The notes beneath the pieces are model-generated. The model searched no databases. It was not told where the DNA came from and saw only the letters and a program-made list of their open reading frames with translations. Shown here in pieces: positions 17,761 to 27,300 of a stretch of 32,000 nucleotides of DNA. Both the position numbers and the translations under genes were made by a program. The stretch spans positions 870,001 through 902,000 of the forward strand of contig NC_008312.1 in NCBI RefSeq assembly GCF_000014265.1, written 5' to 3'. Positions within the stretch are counted from its first letter, which is position 1. Each line of letters opens with the position of its first letter. Source of the DNA: Trichodesmium erythraeum IMS101 (GTDB taxonomy: Bacteria > Cyanobacteriota > Cyanobacteriia > Cyanobacteriales > Microcoleaceae).

Positions 17761-19149
17761 ATGGCAAGTGAGGCAGTTTTTTTTGATTACGGGATATCAA
17801 GACTTAGTGAAATGATAGAATTAGAAAAAAGAGAATTAGAAAAAAGAGAATTAGAAAAAATAGTTCTTGTTTATAAAGAATTATTAGAAAAATTAACAGC
17901 CCCCAATGCTTCCCTATCAGAGCAAGAAGCTTTGAAAATTTTATTGGCTAGAGATGCTATTAGTAATGCTTTATATAATAACCTTGAAAATTGTAATTTG
18001 GCAGTAATAGAAATTAAAAAATTAGACAAAAAACTCAAAGATAATTCTGATAAATTAATTGATTTTATTATATTAGATGAATATCGAAATAATTTCCCGA
18101 GTTTACCGAAAAATTGGTGGTGGTATTTGGATATTGATGTTGAGAAAAAAAGAATCGAATCTCACCCTTGGAATCGTTTTGATGGGTTGATTAGAATTAT
18201 AAGAGTTATGGTTTGGACGGTAAATTTAACTCTTTTGGGAACTTTGGGTAGTCTTTTTTTAGTCAGTGGTTCTGGGTTACAGGGTGTGTTAGCTATTACT
18301 TTTCCTGGTATATTATCATTACTGCAAGCTCAAAGTGAGTTAACGGAAAACGGAAAAAAAGGGTTTGATAAGCTTTTAGAAAAAATTAAACTCCCTCAAC
18401 ATTATCAGGAGGAAGCAAAGCTTGGTTCTACTCTATTAATTACAGGATTATTGTTAACTATTTGGTTAAATTTACCATCTATTTCTAATAGCTACAAACT
18501 GAGGGGTAAAAAATCAGAAGAACAGGAAAATTTAGCGTTAGCAGAAGAGTCTTATCTACAAGCAATTAACTTATATCCTGATAATGTAGATGCTCGTTAT
18601 AAGTTAGCCAAGATTTATGAACAATTACAAGATTTTGATAGTGCTAAGAAACAACATATACTTGCAGCTCAAGCTGGGTTTATAGATGCCTATAATGATC
18701 TTGCTTATTTGTATATTCAGGAAGGTAAGAATGGGGAAGCGATAGATTTGCTTCGAAAAGCTTTGGGGCTTTTAGAGAAAAAAGAAAATCAATTTGAGGA
18801 GTTAATGGATAGCGAAAAGCTGAATTTGAAGACTCAAACATATAATATTTATAAAAATTTAGGATGGGCAAGATTTGAACAAAATCAATATGATGATTCT
18901 GTTTCCTATCTTTTACCGGCAATGGCAATTGCTCAGAACACCAAATATAAGCAATATATTCGGAGCCCAGGAGCAGCTTTTTGTATATACGCTAAAATAT
19001 TGTCATCAACAGATGAGAAATCCTCTGGGACTCAAAAAACTTGGCAACAATGCCGTGAATTGCTTGAATCTCGTTTAGCTGCCGGTGAAAGTATTAATCC
19101 TGAAGAGGATACATGGTTATATGAAGCTAAACAACAATTAAATAATTAA
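17761..19149 (+). CDS. Membrane protein with an N-terminal coiled-coil/ELEKR repeat, about 3 TM helices and C-terminal TPR repeats
   Basis: 462-aa ORF. Hydrophobic segments are 'VMVWTVNLTLLGTLGSLFLV', 'GVLAITFPGILSLL' and 'LGSTLLITGLLLTIWL'. TPR-like units follow ('AEESYLQAINLYPDNVDARYKLAKIYEQLQDFDSAKKQ', 'AYNDLAYLYIQEGKNGEAIDLLRKAL'). Confidence 0.6.
   Translation: MASEAVFFDYGISRLSEMIELEKRELEKRELEKIVLVYKELLEKLTAPNASLSEQEALKILLARDAISNALYNNLENCNLAVIEIKKLDKKLKDNSDKLIDFIILDEYRNNFPSLPKNWWWYLDIDVEKKRIESHPWNRFDGLIRIIRVMVWTVNLTLLGTLGSLFLVSGSGLQGVLAITFPGILSLLQAQSELTENGKKGFDKLLEKIKLPQHYQEEAKLGSTLLITGLLLTIWLNLPSISNSYKLRGKKSEEQENLALAEESYLQAINLYPDNVDARYKLAKIYEQLQDFDSAKKQHILAAQAGFIDAYNDLAYLYIQEGKNGEAIDLLRKALGLLEKKENQFEELMDSEKLNLKTQTYNIYKNLGWARFEQNQYDDSVSYLLPAMAIAQNTKYKQYIRSPGAAFCIYAKILSSTDEKSSGTQKTWQQCRELLESRLAAGESINPEEDTWLYEAKQQLNN
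17818..17862 (+). repeat. 15-nt in-frame tandem repeat x3 (gaattagaaaaaaga; ELEKR)
   Basis: Units at 17818-17832, 17833-17847 and 17848-17862. The first two are identical and the third differs by 1 nt (17861, g->t). Confidence 0.9.
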
Positions 19150-19555
19150 ATAAATTAAGTAATGGAAATAAATAATGATAAATTATATGTTAAATTGAAA
19201 AGAAAAATATAGGCTGCATTGACTGTAATAATTGTGGGATAAGGAATGCTTCTTTTAAGTCATCCTTCCCATATTTACCCTTTATGTTGGGCGAAATCCT
19301 CAATTTATTAAAGGCGCAATGGAAGAACTTTCGCCCAGCTGGATCTGCTATCACTCTGAGTAGCGAGAACAACACTAAACTAAATAGTAATACTTAGGTA
19401 AGAGTTTTAGAGAGCGATTTTCCGATCAGGAAGGAAAAAGCCTTCTCTTCTTTATAAAAAAAAAACTTATGAGACTAACATTAATAAATATTAAATATAC
19501 TATAATCTTATAAGATACAAGTAGTAAATAAAAATTACACAACAGAAAAGCAACA

Positions 19556-20587
19556 ATGGTAAATTTTTCCCTGAGTTTGAAAAGAAAAATCCAAACTGCA
19601 TTGACCTTAACAGTAATGGGATGGGCTATGCCTGCCTTCAGTGCTCCCACTCATATCTTAATTAATGTTGAGGGCAATGTCCAAGTCAAAAAGTCAAAAT
19701 GGAAAGACTTTAATAAAATTGAGGCTGGTATCACTCTCAACAGTCAGGACAAAATTAAAGTAATAGATAATGCTTCGGCTACAATTTATTGTAGTGATAA
19801 AACTAAATGGATAATAGATAAACCAGGAATACATTCGATTTCTGACGGATGTTCAGAAGGAAGCAAAATTTCTTTATTAGATCAAGGTAATAATCATTCC
19901 ACCCGCGGCCCTAAAGCTCCTGCATTTGAAGAAAGTCTAGAAAAACTGCCTTATTTGGTTAGTCCTCGTAAGACTTATGTTTTGAATGCTCCATTGACTA
20001 TTCGTTGGAATGAAGTTCCCGGGGCTACTAACTATAAAGTTAAGGTGGAAGACTGGGAAAGAGAAACGAAGGAATGCCAAATTAGTTATGATGGGGAATT
20101 GGAGCCTGGTGGATATTATCGTATAACTATAGTAGCGAATAATGGGGCTACTTCTCAAGATGAATATGGCAGCGAGGAGAAAAATAATAATTGGTTTATG
20201 GTATTAGAGGATGAGGAAGCAGAGGCTTTACAGGAGGAATTACGGCAGAAGCTAGAGGCGCTCAAGGAGGCTGATAAAACTCAAGAGGAAAAAGATTGGA
20301 GTTTAGCCATGTTTTACCTAGACAAAGAATTAAATTTTGACGTTATTCAGATATTGGAAGGCTTAGTTAAATCTGGAAGTCAAAAATTAGAGGTTTATTA
20401 TTTGTTGGGAGACATATACCAAAAGCTAGGGTTGAATTTAATGGCAAAAGACATTTTTCAGCAAGGGCTGGCTCTGAGTGTGCAGCAGGGGAATAGTGAA
20501 TATAAGGGGAGCATCCAACAGAGATTAGAGTGGCTGGAACCTTCTTTGGGTATTATTAACAAAGCAGGAGAGTTATTGAGGAGGTAA
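19556..20587 (+). CDS. Secreted protein with a FecR-like N-terminal beta domain, a small beta-sandwich, an acidic coiled coil and C-terminal TPR
   Basis: Signal peptide 'KIQTALTLTVMGWAMPAFSA'. 'VEGNVQVKKSKWKDFNKIEAGITLNSQDKIKVIDNASATIYCSD' follows the FecR-type G.V...R....W..A..G..L...D.I pattern. Further elements are 'PLTIRWNEVPGATNYKVKVED', 'EEAEALQEELRQKLEALKEADKTQEEKD' and TPR-like 'YYLLGDIYQKLGLNLMAKDIFQQGLAL'. Domain calls are by eye only. Confidence 0.55.
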   Translation: MVNFSLSLKRKIQTALTLTVMGWAMPAFSAPTHILINVEGNVQVKKSKWKDFNKIEAGITLNSQDKIKVIDNASATIYCSDKTKWIIDKPGIHSISDGCSEGSKISLLDQGNNHSTRGPKAPAFEESLEKLPYLVSPRKTYVLNAPLTIRWNEVPGATNYKVKVEDWERETKECQISYDGELEPGGYYRITIVANNGATSQDEYGSEEKNNNWFMVLEDEEAEALQEELRQKLEALKEADKTQEEKDWSLAMFYLDKELNFDVIQILEGLVKSGSQKLEVYYLLGDIYQKLGLNLMAKDIFQQGLALSVQQGNSEYKGSIQQRLEWLEPSLGIINKAGELLRR

Positions 20588-21246
20588 ATAGAAGTTATTT
20601 AGTCCCCCATAAACTGATTACTCAATTAATAGGAGGAAACTAAATGATAGTAGTTAATGAGCTAGCAGTCAAAAATATGGCCTGCAAATCAAGAAACACT
20701 TCTATTACTTCCCAAGAAATAATTCTCATGGATGGGTAGTGATGCTAACTGGAGAGGGTTAGTTAGACATTTCAACTATGGAGCAGAATAGTACGGACAG
20801 GAATTAATCAAAACTAATAGGTACTTTTCTATTTCTAAGGGTTGCTTTCAATACGTTTACGTAGCAAGAAAATGGTGTTTAACTGTAACAGAGTAGTTTT
20901 TAGAGTAGGGTAGTTAGTATGATCATGATATAAAAGTCGGTAGAAATATTTTGGTTGCTGGGTTAGCAAAGTCAGTTTATGGAGGGACTGTAAGACTACA
21001 AGGAAGTAAATATATGAAGGTGGAAGCATTGAAGGAGAAAGACTCTACAGCTCAATGTTACGGACTCTCGGCATACCTCATGAACCTACCTCGGGAGAAT
21101 GTCAGGAAGCAACTTAATCAAATTGTCTATATCTTAATTTATTTGCTGTTGTTAGGGGCATCTAACTACCTTAAGTAGGCCAAGCTAATGTATACACTAA
21201 TATAAGCGCTTATGATTAAAATGACAAATAAATTTTAAATAATTTC

Positions 21247-21275
21247 TTGATTTTTGTATGGTAAGGATTTATAAT
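21247..21275 (+). promoter_or_regulatory. Candidate sigma70-type promoter for the giant gene (TTGATT-17 nt-TATAAT)
   Basis: -35 TTGATT at 21247-21252, an exact 17-nt spacer, and consensus -10 TATAAT at 21270-21275, about 65 nt upstream of the start codon. The region is AT-rich, so a chance match is possible. Confidence 0.3.
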
Positions 21276-21342
21276 AATACCTATAAATTAAATAAAAAGT
21301 CAATATAATTTTCAACATCTACCACAATAACAAAAGCCTGTG

Positions 21343-24300
21343 ATGAAACCTAATAGCTCAAAACTCTGCACCATAAAAGCTCTGAGTTTAATACTAGGCA
21401 CATTAGCCACCACTCCCGCCAACTCCCAGCCCATAACCCCGGCTAAGGATGGCACCAATACTACTGTTACTCCACAGGGCCAACAATTTAATATTAAAGG
21501 TGGGACTCGCAGTGGTGCTAATGTATTTCACAGCTTTGATAAGTTTAATGTGCACTCTGGTCAAACTGCCAACTTTGTCACGACCCCGGATACTCGCAAT
21601 GTTCTCGGACGAGTTAAGGGAGGCGCTTCTTATATTAATGGTCTTATTCAGGTTCTAGGTAGCAGCTCTAACCTCTTCTTAATGAACCCCGCAGGCATAA
21701 TGTTTGGCCCAAACGCCAGCCTCAATGTACCTGCGTCATTCAGTGTTACTACTGCTACTGGTATTGGTTTTGACCAGAATAATTTCTGGTTCAAGGCTAT
21801 GGGGACTAATGACTATTCAAATTTGCTCGGAAGCCCTAGTGGTTATAGGTTTGATGTTTCTAAACCTGGTTCTATTGTTAATGAAGGAAGTTTAACTTTA
21901 AATTCTGGAGAAAATTTAACTTTATTAGGGGGAACTGTTGTTAATACAGGGGAACTCTCTAGCCCTGGGGGTAATATTACTGTCACTGCTGTCGAAGGTG
22001 GTAGTACCCTGAAAATATCTCAACCAGGACATTTGTTAAGTTTAGAGGTACCCCTAGAGGATGGAGAAAATATTTCTAATATTGATCCTCTATCTTTACC
22101 AGAGTTATTAGCTGGTGGAGGAGATGTCGTTGAGGCTACATCTGTTATTGTTAAAGAGAATGGTGATGTGGTTTTGACCGGTTCAAATACTATGGTGGCT
22201 GAGACTCCGGGAACGGCAACTATTTCGGGAAAGATAGATGTATCAACTACTGCTAGTTCTCTCCAAAATGAGGGGGGTGCTAGTTTTGGAAGCCAAGTTA
22301 ATGTGTGGGGCGATCGTGTGGCTCTTATAGATACAAATATCAAGGCTGATGGCAAAAATGGGGGTGGAACTGTATTAATAGGAGGAGATTTTCAAGGGTT
22401 GGGTATAGTTCCTAATTCTCAGCATACTTTTGTTAATAATAATTCATTTATTTCTGCGGATGCTATCACAAATGGTGATGGAGGTCAAGTTAGAATTTGG
22501 TCGGATGGTATTACTAATTTTGCGGGAAATATTAGTGCTAAAGGCGGCACATCTTCGGGAAATGGAGGGTTGGTTAAAATTGGGGGAAAAGAACAATTAA
22601 TCTTTGATGGAAAGGTGGATGTTACTGCGGCTTTAGGGACTGAAGGTACGATTTTATTGGACCCAGAAAGTGTGACGGTGGGAGAGGATAATTCGGAAGG
22701 TGAAAAGGAAATTGTCGAGGATAATTCGGAGGTTTCTGAGACAGAAAATACTGATAATTATGATGGGGAAATTATTGAGGATAATTCCGAGGTTTCTGAG
22801 ACAGAAAATACTGATAATTCCACAACAAAAAATACTGATAATTTAGAAGATAAAGAAACAGAAAATCCTCTTGATCCTTTTGCTGCTGATGAGAATTCTG
22901 ATGTGACTATTTCGGCGGATAATTTAGGGGAATTATCGGGGAATGTGATTATTGATGCTGATAATGATATTACCATAAATGAAAGGATAGAAACTGATTC
23001 TTCTGTGGAGTTAAAGGCGGGTCGAAGTATTAATATAAATGCGGATATTGATACTAAGAGTGGAAATGGAAATATTGATTTATTGGGTAATAATGATGAG
23101 ATGAATTTGGCTAACCGTTCTGATGGGAAAGCTTCGATAAATCAATTGGATGGAACAATTTTAAATGCTGGAAGTGGTGGAATTAATATTAAGTTGGGAA
23201 GTTTAGGAGAGGTAGGTGATATAAATCTGGGAAATTTAAGGACGACAGGGAAGGTTTTGGTTGATGCAAATGGGGGAAATATTGTTAGAGTTTCTGAGAA
23301 TTCTTTGATAAATGCGGGGAGTGTTTTGTTTAGAACTTCTGGGAATGGAGGTATAGGTTTTGTTGGTGAACCTTTGCGGTTGGATGTGCAGAATTTGGAG
23401 GCGGTTTCTGGTAGTGGTGGGGTGTTTTTTGATGTGGGAAATGTGAATATTGGTGGTGTGAGTGAGGATGTAGATGGTATTGCTACTTTTGGAGGAGATG
23501 TTGATATTAAGAGCGCGGGAAATGTGACTTTAAATGAAACTATTTCTAGCAATGAGGTTGTAGAGAATAATTCTGAGGCGACATCTACAGAAAATACGGA
23601 GGTTGTTGATGGAGGTGGTGGGATAAATATTGAAGCGGCGGGAGATATTGTGGCTACGGGTAGTGGTATTAAAGGTGGTGGGGAAGCTGTTTCTTTGTCT
23701 GGGACTAATATTAGGATAAATGATGAATTTGATGAGACTTCTGGGGATGCGGATGTTAAGTTGTCGGCGACAAATGATATTGTTGTTGAGGATATAGAGG
23801 ATGATGCATTGGAGTTTATGCCTGGGAGGGGGAAGATAGAATTTCGTGCGGATCTGGATGGGGATGGGTTTGGTCTTGTGGAGATGTTGGATAATAAGCC
23901 GGATGTTGGGAGTAACCCTGATGTTTTTGATAATGGGGCGGATACTATTAAGACTAATGGGCGAGGTTTGACTATTGCTGGTGCTGGTCTGGTTTTGGGG
24001 AATGTTGATACTTCTTGGTTGCCTGTTTATTCTGGTGGGGAGTTGTTGAAGGCGATCGATGTGGATGAGGGGGGGCCGATACCTCCGGGAGTGGAGGATA
24101 AAAGTGGATTAATTTCAGAGGAAGATTTTGATTGGTCTTCTTCGGGGGTAGATGATGAAGGTCGTTATTATGGTGGCAAGATAACCATTGACGGCCAATC
24201 TTATAATGTTTATTATGATGGTTATGATGATGAGAAGAAAGTATCGAAATATACTATTAACGGCCAATCTTATTATCAAGCTGGAGTTGAAGGTAAACTT

Positions 24301-27300
24301 TATTATGTGCCTGCTACGAAGACTTGGGAAGATACTGCAACATTTACTTTTACTGTAGATGGTGACTTGGGAACTGTAAAAAATATAGATGTTCGCTTTT
24401 CTGCGGCACATACTTACAATAAGCAGTTAGAGGTTAGTCTGGAATCACCCCAAAAAACGAAAGTACAATTGTTTACAGGTGTTGGTAGTTATGGAGGAGA
24501 GAACTTTCAGGATACTGTGTTGGATGATAATGCTTCTAGAAGTATTGATAATGGCCTTGCTCCGTTTGATGGTACATATCGTCCCCAAGGAAGTTTAGCA
24601 GATTTTAATGGAGAAAATCCTAATGGAACTTGGACTTTGACGGTAAAAGATACGAATATCGAATATGGTAACGGCACTTTATACAGAGCTGGTGAGACTG
24701 CTCACTGGGGAACTACTGCCATAGGTACACAACTGTTGCTGCGTAATCCTCTTGTTCAGATTGCTGCTGGAGGAAATGGTGGAGCGATCAACCTAGAAGC
24801 AACTCATGGTGATATTAGTGTGGGAAATATTCGTAGTTTGAGCGAAACTGCTAATGGGGGAAGAATTGACCTGAATGCTAATAAGGATATTATTTCTGGC
24901 CTGATTAATTCTAGTTCAGAGCGAGGCAATGGAGGTGATGTCAACCTTAATGCGATCTCTGGTGAGATTAGTACTTTTTCATTGGATACTTCATCATTTG
25001 ATGGAGATGGAGGTAGTGTGGAGATGAAGGCGTTAGGGGATATTACTACTAAAGCAGAGATGATGACTGATTCTGGTGAGTTTTTTGTTGATGATTATGG
25101 ATATGTAGAAAATACCAGCGGTGGTGGTGGCAATGCTGGTAATATCAAGATAGAAAGTACAGAAGGTTCAATTGATACTAAAGCAGGTTCAATTTCTGCT
25201 GGTTCAGTTTCAGGAAATGGAGGAGCCATTGATTTGGATGCTGGTGGCGATATCAAGACAGAAAACCTCTATCCCGGGTCCTATTCCAGGTCAGGCAACT
25301 CAGGAAATGGAGGAGCCATTGATTTGGATGCTGGTGGCGATATCAAGACAGAAAACCTCTATCCCGGGTCCTATTCCAGGTCAGGCAACTCAGGAAATGG
25401 AGGAGCCATTGATTTGGATGCTGGTGGCGATATCAAGACAGAAAACCTCTATCCCGGGTCCTATTCCAGGTCAGGCAACTCAGGAAATGGAGGAGCCATT
25501 GATTTGGATGCTGGTGGCGATATCACTACACAATACCTCTATTCCAGCTCCTATTCCGAATCAGGCAACTCAGGAAATGGAGGAGCCATTGATTTGGATG
25601 CTGGTGGCGATATCAAGACAGAAAACCTCTATCCCGGGTCCGATTCCAGCTCAGGCAACTCAGGAAATGGAGGAGCCATTGATTTGGATGCTGGTGGCGA
25701 TATCACTACACAATACCTCTATTCCGGGTCCGATTCCTGGGAAGACAACTCATATTCCGGGTCCTATTCCGGGTCTGGCAAGTCAGGAAATGGAGGAGCC
25801 ATTGATTTGGATGCTGGTGGCGATATCACTACACAAGACCTCGATTCCAGGTCCTTTTCCTATGGAGGCGACTCAGGAAATGGAGGAGACATAACACTGA
25901 ATGCAAAACAAATTAACCCTCCAGAAGACGGAAATGCAGAAAAACTAACAATCTATACATTTTCTGTAGGTAGCACTGACTCTAAAAAAGCTGGAGACGT
26001 TAACATTACCACCAACAATCTCAGTAACACAGATATATTAACACTATCCTCCCACTCTGAATCAGGAAAAGTAACAATAAAAAGTAAGACACAAGAACCA
26101 CTTCAAATCAAAGACTCATCCATTATCACTAGTGAACAAGTAACAGTAGAAATCTTCGGGGAACAAATACAAATAGAAACAGGAAATACCCAATCAGGCG
26201 ACGTCTTCATCAACAGTGACGGCGACCTCAACCTAAACAACGTCACCATAGAAAGCGACACCAAAAGTAACCAAGCCGCCGGAGACGTCAACATCTACAG
26301 CCGCGGCAACATCACACTCGAAAACACCGACATCATCAGCACCACCAACTCCCAAGGCAACGCCGGCCAAATCACCTTAGAAACCAACGAAAACATAGAA
26401 CTCACCAACAACAGCAAAATCCTAGCCAACACAGAAGGAACCGGAAACGCAGGTCAAATAAACATAGAAGCCAACAACCTCATCCTAGACCAAAACACCA
26501 AACTCATCACAGAAACCGCAAGGGCCGGCAACCCCGGAGACATAAAAATCCAAGCCAACACCATAGACATAGGAGAAGGCGCTAAAGCCAGCACCACAGT
26601 CTTAACAGGTTCAACCAGCACCGGAGAAGGAGGCAACATCACCATCAACACAAACAAACTCAACGTCACAGGAAAACTCGGAATATTTGCCGAAACCGAA
26701 GCCAGCAAAAACGCCGGTATCCTTCGCATCTCACCCTACAAAAACAACCCCGACCTAGACATCACCTTCAAAAACGACGGCTTCATCTCCGCCTCCACCT
26801 CATCCACAGGCAACGGAGGCAACATATTCATCAAAGCCCCAGAAAACATCAACATAACAGGCCAAGGGTTCATTGCCACCAAAACATCAGGCACAGGTAA
26901 CGCCGGAATTATCGACATCAAAACCAACAACCTGAGAATATCCAATGGAGTCAAAATCAATGCTTCCACAGAAGACCAAGGCAACGCCGGCGCAATCAAA
27001 ATCAACACCACAGACTTCACCCTAAAAAAAGGAACAAGTCTGACAACAGAAACCAACAGCGCCGGACTAGCCGGAAACATAGAAATAAACACCAAAAAAC
27101 TCACAATAGGACAAAACGCCCAAATAAGTGCCACAGCACTAGAAGGAGCCAGCAACAAAGAAGCAGGCGGCAACATCACCATCAACGCCAATAACCTAGA
27201 CATATCAGGAAAACTAGGAATATTCGCGGAAACCGCAGGAGAAAGCCCCGCAGGCACCCTCACCCTGAACCCATATAAAAACAACCCCAACCTAAATATA

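Noticed and set aside
19190-19650. Minus-strand ORFs of 61 and 74 aa between and overlapping the two TPR genes, plus a 9-bp stem (19288-19296 / 19329-19337) and a weak hairpin at about 19429-19445
   Set aside because: The ORFs are AT-rich Phe/Ile/Lys strings, and one overlaps the start of the 343-aa gene. The stems are short, have large or A-rich loops and lack a convincing U-tract, so I do not call a terminator or RNA gene.
20835-21178. ORFs of 64 aa (-) and 75 aa (+) in the gap upstream of the giant gene
   Set aside because: They have no SD sequence, no recognisable motifs and overlap each other. A faint 'LRKRIES' resemblance to transposase C-termini is too weak to report.
22020-24411. Minus-strand ORFs of 111, 72, 136 and 98 aa, and small plus-strand ORFs (21449-21895), inside the 5' third of the giant gene
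   Set aside because: They overlap a strongly supported coding frame, lack start-site context, and have low-complexity translations produced by the skewed composition.
25172-25894. 240-aa plus-strand ORF in an alternative frame (EMEEPLIWMLVAISRQKTSIPGPIPGQATQ repeats)
   Set aside because: It is simply the 90-nt tandem array read in the wrong frame, and the repeat unit happens to lack stops in that frame. It is fully nested within the 10.6-kb ORF.
25211-25903. Considered RTX-type calcium-binding nonapeptides (GGxGxDxUx) for the 'GNGGAIDLDAGGDI' units
   Set aside because: The spacing does not fit the nonapeptide register. The period is 30 aa, and a TPS domain rather than a C-terminal T1SS signal defines the export route.
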